A stretch of 62,510 nt of DNA, filler included, from Hausera hauseri (Eukaryota): NCBI GenBank assembly GCA_046269625.1. It is 11 parts of 11 records of this genome, joined end to end, with 100 filler letters (N's around TTAATTAATTAA, not from the genome) between each part and the next. Parts side by side here need not be neighbours in the genome. Positions count along the whole stretch, not along the records: positions 40,312 to 45,431 come from JBJURY010329826.1; positions 45,532 to 51,469 come from JBJURY010165754.1; positions 51,570 to 58,400 come from JBJURY010060995.1; 8 more parts are not named here. One strand, given 5' to 3'. The notes below the pieces were generated by a model. It did not search any database. It had not been told where the DNA came from and saw nothing but the letters and a program-made list of their open reading frames with translations. The translations under genes were made by a program, and so were the position numbers. This document shows, in pieces, positions 44,590 to 58,400 of this stretch. The first letter of the stretch is position 1. Each line of letters opens with the position of its first letter.

Positions 44590-45065
44590 ATTTTCATTCA
44601 CTAAAACATTTATGTGGTTTTCAATTTGATTAATAATCGGTTCATAGTGTGCTGTCCGAATACCGAGTACAACAATTTTTCCACTTCTAAACACATTGAT
44701 ACAAAGTGGGCGAAACGATATCAGTCTTAGTGCAGAAAACAGTTCGGGTTTGTACGTACATTCAGCAGTGGCCATTGTTAATTTGTACAGATTAATTGCT
44801 TGGTGGTAGTCTAACTGAGTCGTTACCGTTATTGATTGGATTGGGTTAATGACAATTCCGAATGGTAGTAGTTCACTGTTACTATCAGCTGTAATTGGTT
44901 TTCAACAACCCATAATACGACACTTCCGTGATTCAAATACAATGCATATGAAATCTGGTGGACATTTGAAAACATACTGCCTTGGCGTCCATTGAATAAA
45001 GGTAGTGCGTTAATGTCATACTCGGTTACATGTCCGCGATAGTTAATATTAGTAGTGAAAATGGG
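44590..45065 (-). pseudogene. TATA-binding-protein-like gene with both repeats; frameshift near 44985 and stop at 44902-44904
   Basis: Repeat 1: NINYRG..PRQYVF..CIVFESRKCRIMG. Repeat 2: IQSITVT..INLYKL..YKPELFSALRL..PLCINVFRSGKIVVLG. Confidence 0.75.
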
Positions 45066-45094
45066 AGTTCTGTTTCACTTTCTGGAGGTGTGAG

Positions 45095-45295
45095 CGTCGA
45101 TAAATCGATAGTGCACATATCCTAATCGATAGTGCACACTGTGTACTATCGATCGGTAGTGTGCGAGGCACCGTTGCTAAGCACACTTTTGCATATTTCA
45201 CAAGTCAATTGCTGCACATATCAAAATTGATCGAATCGATCGAGACAAAGTGCTAGTCGATAGTGCACGTCAATGCGCATCGATTGGTGCATATA
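45095..45295. repeat. Cluster of ATCGATAGTGCAC direct and inverted repeats with a 29 bp hairpin
   Basis: Copies at 45104, 45125 and 45257; near-perfect palindrome at 45125-45153. Confidence 0.7.
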
Positions 45296-45531
45296 GCATG
45301 TGCGCAGCACATGTGCAAGTGTGCCAAAATCAATAATATCTGATTTCCGATATTCCCAATATTGATGATTGGCACCCGGAACCGGGTGCAATCGAAAGCA
45401 CACATGATGCACTGTGTGTATGTGGAGTTATNNNNNNNNNNNNNNNNNNNNNNNNNNNNNNNNNNNNNNNNNNNNTTAATTAATTAANNNNNNNNNNNNN
45501 NNNNNNNNNNNNNNNNNNNNNNNNNNNNNNN

Positions 45532-48500
45532 GAAACCAAGGAAGGCATGTACACGTGGTAGCAAAAGGAACCATGAAATGTTTTAACTGTGGACTGGAAG
45601 GACACAAAGCCAGACAGTGCAGAACACAGAGACAAGGACCAAAAGATGAGAGCAGATGTTTTAATTGCAATAAACCTGGACATTTTGCAAGAAATTACAG
45701 AAACAGAAATGGACAACCTACAACATACAGGAGAAGGGAAGATCAGAACACTTCAGTCAATCAGACGGGAAACGACAACCCCGCACAGTAGAGGGTTCGA
45801 ACTGTAGGGGGTCTAGAGAATTTAGAACCTAACAAAGAAGAATAGAGAAAACTCAGAGGTTTAGTGTTAATTTAGCAGAAGACCCAAACTCTTGTAAATG
45901 TCAATCAAAGAAGACTAAGACGTTTAGTTGATACAGGTGCAGAGGTCAGCTTGTTGAAAGAATCAGTTTATAGATCCTTGAAGAACAGAGACAGGCTATT
46001 CGACAGAAAGGCAAATTTACAGTCAGTTTCAGGAGAATCACTGAAGGTAATAGGGTCAGTCAATCTGAGGTTCAAATTAGGTAGCGTAGAGTTAGTACAC
46101 CAATTTTGTGTTGTGAGGGACATGAATCTGAGCATGATTTTGGGCAGAGACTTTCTTAGAAAAAATGGAGTTAGAATATACTTCGACTTGCAGAAACTGA
46201 GAATAAGAGATGAATACGTTGAACTACAGGATGACATACACATAGCATCGATACTGAGAGTGAGGCACAGTGCAACACTGAAGCCCAAAACAGTGAACTT
46301 GATAGTGGGAAGACTGAAGAAAACACACTATTTCGAGAAGGGATAAACAATAACAACAACAGAGGCAGATAAAGGAGACATCATTGATGAACCAGGGCTA
46401 ATTGTAACAGAAGGAATAGCAACTATAGGAAAGGGATTTGATGTGCCAGTGATGATTACAAACGGCACTAACAAGATTATAACTCTGAAGCAAGGATGTG
46501 TAATAGGCAGAGTAGTAGAACCAAAGGTGATTGAACAGGAAGACATAAAGGAGATGTGGGGTAAAAGAGAACACGTTAACAGGATACAGAGAGAACCAAA
46601 AGGAAGATACACAGCTCGGAACTATCAGAATAGGGACTACAATCCTAGGAACATGAGAGATAACAGAGCGATTAATGAAGTGAAGAAACAAAAGGAGAGA
46701 AATCAAGGAAGAAGATGGAATAAAGACAGGAATCAAAACAGGAATAATTCAAGCAGAAGATGGTGTCAGCACTCACAACCAAGGAACAACAACAGGATGG
46801 AACAACAAGGGAAAAGAGGGAAACATAATAGGAATCAGAGGAAGGGTAGGATGATAGAAAGGATGGAAACAAATGAAGTAGGATCACATAAACAAGAGAG
46901 AATACAGGAGTTAATGAAGCAGTTGAAAACCGAAGATGGACACAAACAGCTGTTAGAAAACTTTGTGAAGAAACATGCAGATGTATTTGCACTAAATGAT
47001 ATGGAGTTAGGCAGAACTCAAACAGTAACCATAGAGATTAATACAGGGGATCATCCCCCAATAAGCTTAAAGCCATACCGAACTCCTTTTAAGAACAGAG
47101 AGATAGTAGAAAAGGCTATTGATGACATGTTGCAAGCAGGAATTATTGAAAGAACAAGTTCAGAGTGGTCATTCCCGATAGCGATCATATCAAAGAAAGA
47201 CGGATCACATCGTTGTTGTGTAGACTACAGATCGCTCAATACGATAACTCGGCGTACCCTATGATTTTTATAGATGATATTCTTGGCATGCTGAACAAGA
47301 CAGATTATTTTACAACAAGGATACCATGAGTGGATTTTGGTGTATACCAATGTCAGAAGATGCAAAGAAGAAAAGCGCATTGTGCACCCATGTCGGAAGT
47401 TTCGCGTGGAATGTCATGCCATTCGGACTGAAGGGATCACTGGCAACATACATGAGTCTAATGGACATTGTACTAGAAGGCATGCAGAAATTTGCTATGG
47501 CCTACATTGATGACATTCTGATTCACACAGCAGGATCAATTGAGGATCATTTGAAACATGTAGAGTTAGTGTTTGACAGATTGAGACAGCACGCAGTAAA
47601 GCTGAAGCTCAGCAAATGTGAGTTCTTGAAAACAGAGACAAAGTATTTAGGATTTGTGATAAACAAGAGTGGCATCAAACCGGACGAAGACAAAGTTAAG
47701 GTTATCAGACAGATGCCAGCACCAAAGACAGTGAGAGAAGTGAGAGGATTTATTGGGACCTGCGGATACTATCGGAGATTTATTCCGAACTTTTCGAAGA
47801 TTGCAGAACCAATCATCGCTCTTACGAGAAAATATGCGAGATTCAAATGGGATGACAGTTGCCAAAGAGCATTTGAATATCTGAAGGAGAGTCTTACGAC
47901 TGTACCATTGTTAGCTTACCCGGAAATGGACAAAGAATTAATATTATACACGGATGCTTCAGACTCAGCAATTGGTGCGGTATTAGTCCAAACAACAGAT
48001 GAAGGAGGGGAAGGAATTGTACCAGGGACAAAGAATGAAAGACCAATACACTTTCTGTCTCATAAGCTGAGTAAATCACAACAGAAATGGTCGACAGTGG
48101 AAAAGGAAGCATACGCTATATATTACGCTTTGCAGAAACTGAACTTCTATCTTCACAATGCAAACTTTGTGATAAAGTGTGATCACATGCCGTTGAAGAA
48201 CTTGTTGAAATCAGATGTTCAGAATCGGAGGATTCAAACATGGGTTTTGAACTTGCAGGGATATGATGCAAGGATTGAATATATCCCAGGACCAGAAAAC
48301 ACATGTGCAGATTTATTATCGAGGATCCCACATGACAACGAACAGGAGGACGACAAGGAAAGCATACCAGACATTGATGATAGACATTTACAGGTCAACA
48401 TAATCAATGCGAACCAACCAGAGCTGTATGAAGCAGACAGTCAGGAAGGAGACAAGGAAGAAGAATCAGACACTGGAGATTCAACCTTAGAAATGGACAT

Positions 48501-50561
48501 GAAGTCAGAGCAAGAAAAGGATGAGGAAATTAGACAAATAAAGACAGACTTAAAATCAGGAATTGAGGAAAAATCAAAGAAATGGAAGAACTTTTTGGTA
48601 CTACAGGAGGATGATGAGGTGTATAGAATCTTAAAAGAAGAAGGGAAATTACAAAAGTACATACCACTACATCTGAGAGGAGATGTATTGAAACAATATC
48701 ATGAAGGAAATGGTCACATGGGAAGAGACAAAACATATGAAGCTATCAGAAGAAAATATTATTGGCCAGACATGTTTAAAGAGGTATATGATTATGTTGG
48801 AAACTGTGAAACATGCAGGTTGAGAAACATGAGACCTATTAAACATCCAATGCAGGAAATGGACTATCAAGATTATCCAATGCAGAAGATCAGCATGGAT
48901 ATTTCAGGACCTCACCCGATCACAATGTCAGGAAACAAATACATCCTACACATCGTGGACAGTTACAGCTTATGACCAGAAGTTTATGCCTTACCTGATA
49001 AGACGAGTGAGTCCATGGTGAACATCTTAATAGAACAGTTCATTCCGAGATATGGAGCACCTCAGATATTACTTACAGATAACAGGAAGGAAATTACAAG
49101 TCATGCTTTCGTGGATACCCTGAAGAAGATGAACATCAAGCACATAACAACAGCCTACTATAATCCTCAGAGTAACGGAAAAAATGAGAGACAACATAAA
49201 ACTATGTATGACATCATAGCAAAATATGTAAAGGATAATCAGAGGAAAGGGGACTGAGTATGAATGAAAACGGAAGCACAAGACATGCACCATTTGAATT
49301 GCTTTACGGGAGAGAAGCAATTCTGCCTCTAGATTTGTTACTAAAACCCCACATGAAATATTTAGGGGAAGAGTTTCGTGAAATTCTATTGCAAGAAATG
49401 CATAGAACATATTTGAAAGTATATAGGAACTTGAAGAAGAGATTTTTGAAAAGGAAACAATATGCAGACAAAAAGGCGGAACCACAGAAATTTAAGGTAG
49501 GTGAAAAGGTATATTATAAAGCACATAGCAGAGATTCTAAGTTTAATAACAAGTGGATTAAGGGATACATTATTATCGAGAAAAAGGGACCAGTCACATA
49601 CAAGATAAGGAATCATTTCAACGAACATCAAGCAAAAACAACCACGTCAGACTTGAGAAAAGATGACAAGCGATGGGATGAATTAGAGAAAACAGAAGGA
49701 GATAAAGGACTCCGAAAGACCAGATATCTATTATCACCAGGCCCAACAGACGAGGAGGAAACACAAATCAGGCATGAAGATGATCTGTTAACAGACCTTG
49801 AAGAGGGATCAGCCATGGGAGATTTAATCCCATTAGCTTATCCACAAATAGGCAGAGAAAGAGAAAGACACGATGATGACGGGAACATACCATCAGCAGG
49901 AGAGGATGAAGAAGCAGATAGCGAATCTGAAGGAGAGATGGGTGCACCATACCAAAACACTAGGACAGCAGCAAAGAAGAGAATGGAAGCAGCAAAACAG
50001 AGACAAATGAAGCGAATTAGAAGAATGAGAGAACATTCTTCGGAAGAAAGTGAAATACCTATACCAGAAAGACAAATGAGGTTAGCAGACAGAGATGAAA
50101 GGATTAACCAGGAGCAAAATCAGATACATACGAATGAGGAAGAAGATGAGATAAGTCAAGGTGGACAGGAAGAACAATCCTCAAGAATAACCAGCGAGGA
50201 CAAGAGTGAAGAAGAAATGGAGGAAAATAGGAGAGGAGCCATAAAAAGACAGCTCACAGAGGACAGTTCAGGCGAAAATGGACCGGTAGTAAAAAGGAAA
50301 CATCAATCAGCAGTGCGGAGGAGGAAGAAGAAACAAAACAAAATTGAGGAAGTTAGGTTGGAAGTAATGCAGCAGGTCGAAACCACGATCAAAACCAATC
50401 CAAAATCTGCAGGGAAGCAATCGAGATCGGAGGAAATGGAAACACAGATGGATGCAAGGCAAAAACGAACTAACGAAGTAAGGAATCAGAATCTAACCGA
50501 GGAAGTCGGGAAGAACGAATTAAATAGGCAGATCATAGCGTTGCTGTCTAAAATGATATGA
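45532..50561 (+). mobile_element. Gypsy gag-pol (two CCHC knuckles, PR, RT, RNase H, IN, long acidic tail), decayed
   Basis: CFNCGLEGHKARQC and CFNCNKPGHFARN, LVDTGAEVS, AYIDDILI, TDASDSAIG, EKEAYA, H..GHMG..CETC, LTDN..NGKNER. Confidence 0.93.
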
Positions 50562-50635
50562 GGAGATTTTAAGAGAGAGTAGCCGTATTAACAGACAATT
50601 AACTTTAGGTTATCTTATTTCAGGTTCGAAGACAA

Positions 50636-51469
50636 ATGGACAAGTGGATTCAGATTCTATTGTGGTTAGTGATGGGTATCACTGCAACCCTTAGCAAACA
50701 AGAAGAGAATAACATAGTGGTGAGAGACAACACAGTGTTCATAAAGACAAAGGAAGTATCAGACATCAAAGCACATTGGAAATTAACCATCGTCACAGAC
50801 ATGCAACCATATGAGGAAGCATTAGTGAATGCTACCAAACAGGTGATGAACTTACAGGATATCATTGACAGAAGTACAAAATCGTACAAGACGAGGAGTA
50901 ATGTTACTTATGCTAATACATTGGAGACTTTACGAGAAGAGAACTTAATGTTACAGTTTTATCTTCTCAAGGAATATAAGACATTTACATCAGTAATGAA
51001 CACTCATAGAAGGAAGAGATCAGTTCTACCGTTTATTGGGGATATGTTAGGATTTTTATTTGGCACCGCTAATTAAGCAGATGTTGAGGGAATGAGAAGA
51101 GACATAAAGATAATTTCAGAAAATCAAGGGAAATTGTAACATGTAGTAGAGAGAATTATTTCTATCTTGAATATAACAAGAAAGAAAGTACAAGAGAACA
51201 GAGATCACATAAATAGAGCTTTTAGAAGGTAGATTAAGGAATTTGGAAGAATTTACGCAACGTTCTTTCAGAATTCTAATCACAACAGATAAGTGCAGGG
51301 AACTTATGTATCAAGTGAGAGATGCAGTAGAGAAGTTGTTAACGAGCTTAAACTTATCAGTGAATAGAAAATTAACCACAAATCTAATTATGCCAGCAGA
51401 ATTAAAGAATATATTGGAAGGATTAAAAAGGATACTACCTTCTAATTTACAGTTACCAATTGACATAGA
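50636..51469 (+). pseudogene. env: Errantivirus/baculovirus-F-type env with internal stops
   Basis: Splice acceptor TATTTCAG at ~50623, signal peptide, RRKR|SVLPFIGDMLGFLFGT furin site plus fusion peptide, heptad region. Confidence 0.8.
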
Positions 51470-51569
51470 NNNNNNNNNNNNNNNNNNNNNNNNNNNNNNN
51501 NNNNNNNNNNNNNTTAATTAATTAANNNNNNNNNNNNNNNNNNNNNNNNNNNNNNNNNNNNNNNNNNNN

Positions 51570-54500
51570 CAATTGAATCAATTACGTGCCGAAAATGCGG
51601 CACTACAACACACAATCAACACCATCAATGATAAACTGAATGACTTTTCCTTACACCGACGCAATGCTTCCGCGCCTCATCAAACACGTTCTGCTTCCAG
51701 AAATCGGACACCGTCACCAACACGGTCATTCATATGTTATTACCACAACAAGTTTAACAACAAAGCAAATAAATGTTGTTTAGGGTGTAGAAATTATTCA
51801 TAGAATCTACTCTAATAATATAATTTGCATCTATCATGCAAAATTCGGATCTAGAGCTCGGAGTTGTATCTCAGGTTGTAACAATAAAACTAACAGAAAC
51901 TAAACCACTGATAAACATCCCAGTTTCTCTAAAAATAGCCGTCCTAACTCACCAATCCAAAAAACTGATTTCGCCGCCAGTATTTTCGGCAGATCCTGGC
52001 AAAGGCAATTTATCTCATTTCTTTTGCCGACACACTTCATTTGCAGTCTTCACACTAAAAGCTGCTATCTCTAATTCTAACATTCAGTCCACAGATTTTC
52101 TAATCGATACGGGCGCAGCGATCTCACTACTCTCACTTTCTTTTCCGGTTCAACATTCTTCATCTAAAATAAAACCTTTATACACTGCATCTGGTTAATC
52201 TCTTCGTATTGCCGGAACTTGCAAATTATCTTTCACTCTACCAAACTTTTCTTCGTCATTTCATTGGACTTTTATAGTCGCTAACGTCCAGACGGCAATA
52301 CTTGGCTCAGATTTCCTTTCGAATTATAATTTGTTAGTTGATTATAACCTACACTGCCTGAAATCAAATACACCTGTAGACGGTACCACAAATATAGACA
52401 GCATCCCAACGACAGCACAGGCAATAGAAAGTAAGCAATCTATTTTAAAACAGTCAGTTCCTCGTTCTAATTCCAATAACTATCACGTTTTACATAGTAA
52501 GCTTCCAAAGGACAATGTCGGCAGCCAATCACTGCCAAATGTTGACAATGACATTCTGGTATTTTCTGTAAAATCATTGAACAATAACACCTATTCAAAC
52601 ACGGTTCCGAACCCGACCATCCTACTCCAAACTACACTTGATTCCTCATCAACAACTAATAATCATATACCAAGTACTGCTAGCAACCTCGGTTCATCGT
52701 CAGTTACAACATTCCAACAAGTTTACAACAATTCGTCTATACTTCGTGTCCTGGTATATTTTAGAAAGATAGGAATTTTCACTCCAGTAAACAGCATTTA
52801 CCACCACATAATTAGAAGACATCAAAGGCCAATTAGACAAAAAGTCCGTCCATTGTCACCGCGACGCAGACAGGCAGTAGAAGCTGAGTTTATGGAACTC
52901 GAACAATCAGGTGTCGTCCGTAGATCTAAATCACCATGGTCTTCGCCTCTCCACGTTGTACAAAAAAGATGGATCTTTCCGACCATGCGGCGATTACCGC
53001 CAACTTAATACTTTAACCACAATGGACGCATATCCAATACCATTAATCAAAGACATTCCATCGGCTTAATACCACTTCAGTTTATTCGACAATCGATTTA
53101 ACCAAAGCTTACCACCAAATCCCTGTCGCACCAGAAGACATAGAAAACTGCAGTTACCACACCATTCGGTCTTTATGAGTACTTGTATATGCCTTTCAGT
53201 CTCCGGAATGCTGCACAGACTTTTCAACGACACATCGATTCAATACTTTCATACTTCACTTTTGCACATCCATATATTGACGACATCCTGGTTGCCTCTT
53301 CATTAGTAACACGAAGAACATCTAGGATGTATCTTCAAACGCGTTAACCAGTTCAATCTACAGATCTATTGTGCGAAATGCAAATTCTTTCAAAAACGCG
53401 TTAATTTCCTCGGATAAATTATCTCATCAGACGGCCATTCACCTCAGCCTGATCGAGTTGAGACTCTTAAAAATGTCCAGCTACCTAAGACAACCACAGA
53501 AATGCGCAGTTTCTTTGGTACCTTACATTTTGTCCACAAATATATTCCGTATTGTTCGGAACTCATGGCACCTTTTGCACACTTAAGCGCAGGAAAAAAA
53601 CATCAGAAAATCGTGTGGACACCACAACTGCTCAACGATTTTGACAGGCTACGTGAAGGACTAAAGACTGTCGAAATACATGCATTTCCTAAACCTGACG
53701 CTGGGTTAATTTTAACTATAGATGCATCAAATATCTCAGTAGGTGCGCTATTACACCAGTCGTGTAAAGGAAAAAATCAACCTCTAGAATTTTTTTCCCG
53801 AAAATTAACGCCAGCAGAACCCAGATATTCAACCTTCGATCGGGAACTGTTGACAATAGTTTTTGCTTTAAGACACTTTTCGCACTTACTTACAGCTCGT
53901 CATTTTGTTATACAGACTGATCACAAGCCTCTGATTAATATAATTACAATAAAACTTCCTTCAACTAGACAAGAACGGAAAATTTCATATTTGTCCACAT
54001 TCAACTTTAACATCAAACAAATCGAGGGCGTTGACAATCTAGTTGCCGATTTCCTATCTAGATCAGTCGGTGCGATCAATTTTTCGCCAATCTTCACTCA
54101 GACAAAGCTACAAGAAAACCAGTCATTGCAGGATATTTTCAAATTGTTCAAATCTCACCAGATAATCGACGGCGTGGCCTAGGATATCTCCAAACCAAGA
54201 CAATCAAGGATAATTCTTGCTCCATCTTTACACAAACAAGCATTTCAAAATGTACATTCATTACATCATCCTGGTGCCAAAGCAACTTTTCGCTTACTTC
54301 AGCGGCAAGTAATATGGCCTACTATGAGTTCTGATGTGCAAGCGTGGGTTAAGGAGTGCGTGGCCTGCCAAAAATTTAAAATCACCAAACATTTGAAGCT
54401 ACTCTTATACCATTTCCCTTGCACATCACGCTTCGAGTCTGTTTATGTTGATCTTGTCGGCGCTTTTCCTCCTGACAACGGTCATCAGTTCATGTTGACC

Positions 54501-55469
54501 ATGATGGATTGTTTATCACGTTGGCCAGAAGCCGTTACACTACGGAGCACCAATGCGGATACGATAGCCGACGTTTTCATACGCACGTGGATCAGTAGAT
54601 TTGTATCCCCTAGATTAATTATTACAAACCAAGGTACTCAGTTTGAGTCCAATTTGTTTAAATCTCTTGTTAACCGATTAGGAATTAGAGATTCCACAGA
54701 ACACTAAAAACGTCAATGAGAATTGCGTCACCGCAAAATCCAATAGCAGTTGGACTACTCTCCTTCCATTTGTTCTTCTGGGTTGGCGTAATACACCTTC
54801 TACTTCTACAGGTTGTTCATTTACAGAAGCCTTTTTGAAACACCAGTACGCTGATTGTTCAAGTTAACGGCCTTGAAAGAAACACCGACAGACGAAGCTA
54901 TTCGAGCAGCACAAGACCATTTTGTTTACGTCAGCAAAGATTCCTTCTGTAGGATCCTGAATAACAATAAAACATACCTACCGGAGGATCTATACTCGTC
55001 AAAATTCGTATGATTGAGAAACCAGACACCGTCCGGTTTTTAATCACGGTATTTAGGACCTTACAAATTAGTTCAATTGCACTCCCATAATGCAATTATT
55101 TTCAAAGATGGCAAAGAACTAGCGGTGCACATAAACAATGTAAAGCCCGTCTTTTTCGACCATGATTCACCTCAAACGGAACTTTCTACACTTTCTATGA
55201 CGCCACCGCTTTTTCCAGTTTCTATTCCTCCAAACGCTTCATCTACCACGCTACTAGAACCTACCCCTAAAATTCCTACCACTAATCTCACCAATTTTCT
55301 CCCAGTTTCTCCTACATTTTCTCTTCCAGCCCATTCCTCGTCGCTGAACGATATACCACCCTCAACAACAACGTCCGACATAGTTTTATCTCTATCGACT
55401 TGTCAATCAGATTCAACGATACTAAAAAAGGCAAATCGTTCACTTTCAGTACCTACGGTAGAGTGCTAA
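51570..55469 (+). mobile_element. Gypsy element of CsRn1/Boudicca type (CHCC Gag), decayed
   Basis: CYYH..F..KA.KC..GC Gag motif, [49 protein letters not shown]. Confidence 0.88.
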
Positions 55470-55508
55470 ATACTGAAGGAATACAACGCCTTGTACATAC
55501 AAAGTTCA

Positions 55509-55888
55509 CATAGTCAGTCCACACTGTTTCGTTTGTATTCGTTTATATTTCCTTTTATTCTTACAGTTCACATTTTGCCACGATGCAACAACAACGTCTC
55601 GATATTATTTTGTAAAATTAATTTTGTCCAATTTGTTACAACCGGTTACGTATAATTCTTTCCTTTCGCTTGTGAGAAATTTGTAAAAGTAAAACTAACT
55701 ATACGAAGACCGTATAGATAGTTCACTTTATTTCGCTTTGCGTTCGTTTCGTATTTCCTTTCATCTTTACAGTTCATCAATCGACACTAATTCATTTACT
55801 AAAAGACCACATAGTTGTTCCAGACTGTTCCGTTTCTGTGTCCGTTTAGTATTTCCTCTTATCCGTATAGTTCACACTTTGCCACGGG
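55509..55888 (+). repeat. Three degenerate ~75 bp repeats in the 3' UTR/LTR region
   Basis: ..CGTTT..TATTTCCT.TTAT..TA.AGTTCA.. at about 55509, 55718 and 55810. Confidence 0.5.
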
Positions 55889-56535
55889 AGGTGATGTTGT
55901 TTCTACATTTGTTTCGTTTTCTACATTTGTTACTCTTTGTTATGTAATCATCGACGAATTGACAATGTTTCATCTCGTCGAAGTACTTCATCATGACCAC
56001 AACAATCCGTATTTTGTATATCCCTTGGTTCGAGATGTGATATAATGTTCTGTCAAAATGAAAGTATTTATCGAATAGTTAGTCTATAACCTACAATTGA
56101 TAGTCTCAAATCGGCAATCATCTGCCTCAACAAAAAGAAACTGCCACGACAAGAAAATCATTCTACAATTATATTAATGTAGACAATAATAAGAAGGACA
56201 ATGGTGATATTGAGTTATTGATTTTTTTGTAGCTAAGAATTTTGAAATAACAATAGATGTTTTGTCGTTATAATCTTTCGTTTTTTTTGAATGATTTAAT
56301 TTAATCATGCGACACATTTATCAATGAAACAACAGTTGGATTTTCTTTTTTCTTTCATTTATAAATTCTAGATTTGTCACTTCAACTATTGTACGATTAA
56401 AAATGGAACGACACGATATCCAAATATTATGGAGTGAAAATCGACGGGTCCCAATTTTAAAATTGTCCTGCATGCGAGGCTGTATTTGGTTTACAATTCC
56501 CGGCATTTTGTAATCAGCATATATATCATCTGGCA

Positions 56536-58400
56536 ATGTTTAACAAACCAAAGAAAAACATACAGCAAGAATTTCGAGAAATGATAAATATGGCAAAACA
56601 GTTTGTAGCAGAGCAACGACATTCGATAATTGATAAACCAGCTAAACAGCCGATGAAACAAGCAACATCATCTAGTCAGCCGGGTAAACGACTAATGAAC
56701 CGAAATTCAGATAAACCAGCAAGGAAATCGAAAATGGATTCTGTGAAAAAGCTACGACTTAATGTTCAAACGATGATAGCTAATAATTACGTGAACCTTT
56801 GCTTTGACATTTCGCCTGACAAACTCATTTCTACTCGACCATCTGAAAAAATTCTGAATACTGTAGATATGCACACTTCTCGATTTTCTTCGTCTAAGAT
56901 TCAATACGGACTTGAGAGTCTGTTCGCGAATGCTGAAGGTGACTTTAAGGAGGCATATATTTCACATCGAACTGCCCCTTATGAAAAGGTTTACCCTCAA
57001 TCAGTAGCTGATACTTTGCGTGAGCAAGTTGAGAACTTTGCTAAAATGGGTAGTGGTTAAAAGGTAGTAAAAATTCTGAAATACTGTTTTCATATATTTA
57101 GAACAAGTCCACTGCCCTATCTGTCTGGAAAATCCTATCTACCAACACCTGGCGCATTGAAAAATGCTATGGCCGGTGTTAATATAGAGAACCAGGACAA
57201 TTTATGTTTCCTATACTCGATTCTTGCCGTGACCAAATATTCTCTATTTGATAATCATAGATATGGACTTAGCAATTACGTTCCTTGTTTAAGCCAGCTG
57301 AAATATTCTTTGGATGATATGTATATGAAAATATGCAACATAGGTAAATTTGAAAGGCAGAATCCACAGTTGTCAATTATTGTTTTCTTGTTTCACGATA
57401 AGGATAATGTGGACTTCGATGACGATATATTGAAAAATCCATTCGTCGATATTTTGTATAGAAGCAAAAATCCAAATGGTACTGTAGTGAACTTTATGAT
57501 TTTAGAAAATGANNNNNNNNNNGTTGAACATACCATTTAACGGAATGAGAATACAATGTAAACATTGGTGTGAGAAATGTTTGCATGGATTCAGGCTTGA
57601 CACTGCGTATGTTAAGCATTTACCAATGTGCATGTCTTCTTCCAGATGCACAAAATCCAAATAGTACTGTAGTTAACTTGCTGATTTTAGAAAATAATGA
57701 TCATTTTCACTATGTTGCAATTCCCAATCTTAATCGACTGTTAAACATACTGTCTAACGGTATAAGAATTCAATGGAAACATTGGTGTGGAAAATGTTTA
57801 CATGGATTTAGGCTTGACATTGCTTATGCTAAGCATTTACCAATGTGCAAATCTTCTGCCAAATATACGACTTTGTACAAAATGTCCGAAAATGAGTTTT
57901 GAAAGTTTAAGGACTGGACCAAATCTATAAATCCTCCTTTCGTCAGATATGCTGACTTTGAATATGTTCTGTGTCCTGATGATAAAGTCAAGCATATTCA
58001 GTTGTCTGCTGCAGTCGGTCTTTTGCTAGTTTCATCAACGGGTATTGAATATAGACAGTTTGTTGGTGAAAATTCTATCGTTGAGTTTCTGAGTCGTTTA
58101 GAGGAAATTGTGAAAAGCTTGGTTTTCGCCTGGTACGAAAATGCAAAAAACCCAATGATCATACTAACATCAGCTGAATGGTTTCGGTTTAAAAACGCCA
58201 CATATTGTTATCTCTGTCATGAAAGCGGTACGCAATTTGTTCGAGATCGCTGCCATGTTACAGGTAAATTCTTAAGCCAAGCATGTATTAAATGTAACCT
58301 GGCTCGACAGATTAAGTACAATTTACCTGTTATGTTCCATAATTTGCGTGGATATGATCTTAATCGTATTTTAAAACACGCATTAAGTAAATTCGCATGT
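56536..58400 (+). pseudogene. Protein-primed DNA polymerase B (Polinton/adintovirus) N-terminal half with an endonuclease-VII-like insertion
   Basis: GSG(W), NIENQDNLCFLYSILA, HYVAI.NL.RLL, YADFE, CYLC..VRD.CHVTGKF...C..CNL, FHNLRGYD. Confidence 0.88.

Noticed and set aside
44107-44775. 222-aa ORF as a single TBP fusion protein
   Set aside because: It starts midway through the TBP fold and probably reads through into a separate downstream gene in a decayed locus.
57466-57857. Internal duplication in pPolB as a domain repeat
   Set aside because: It contains a 10-N gap (57513-57522) and breaks the frame; it is an assembly artefact or post-decay duplication.
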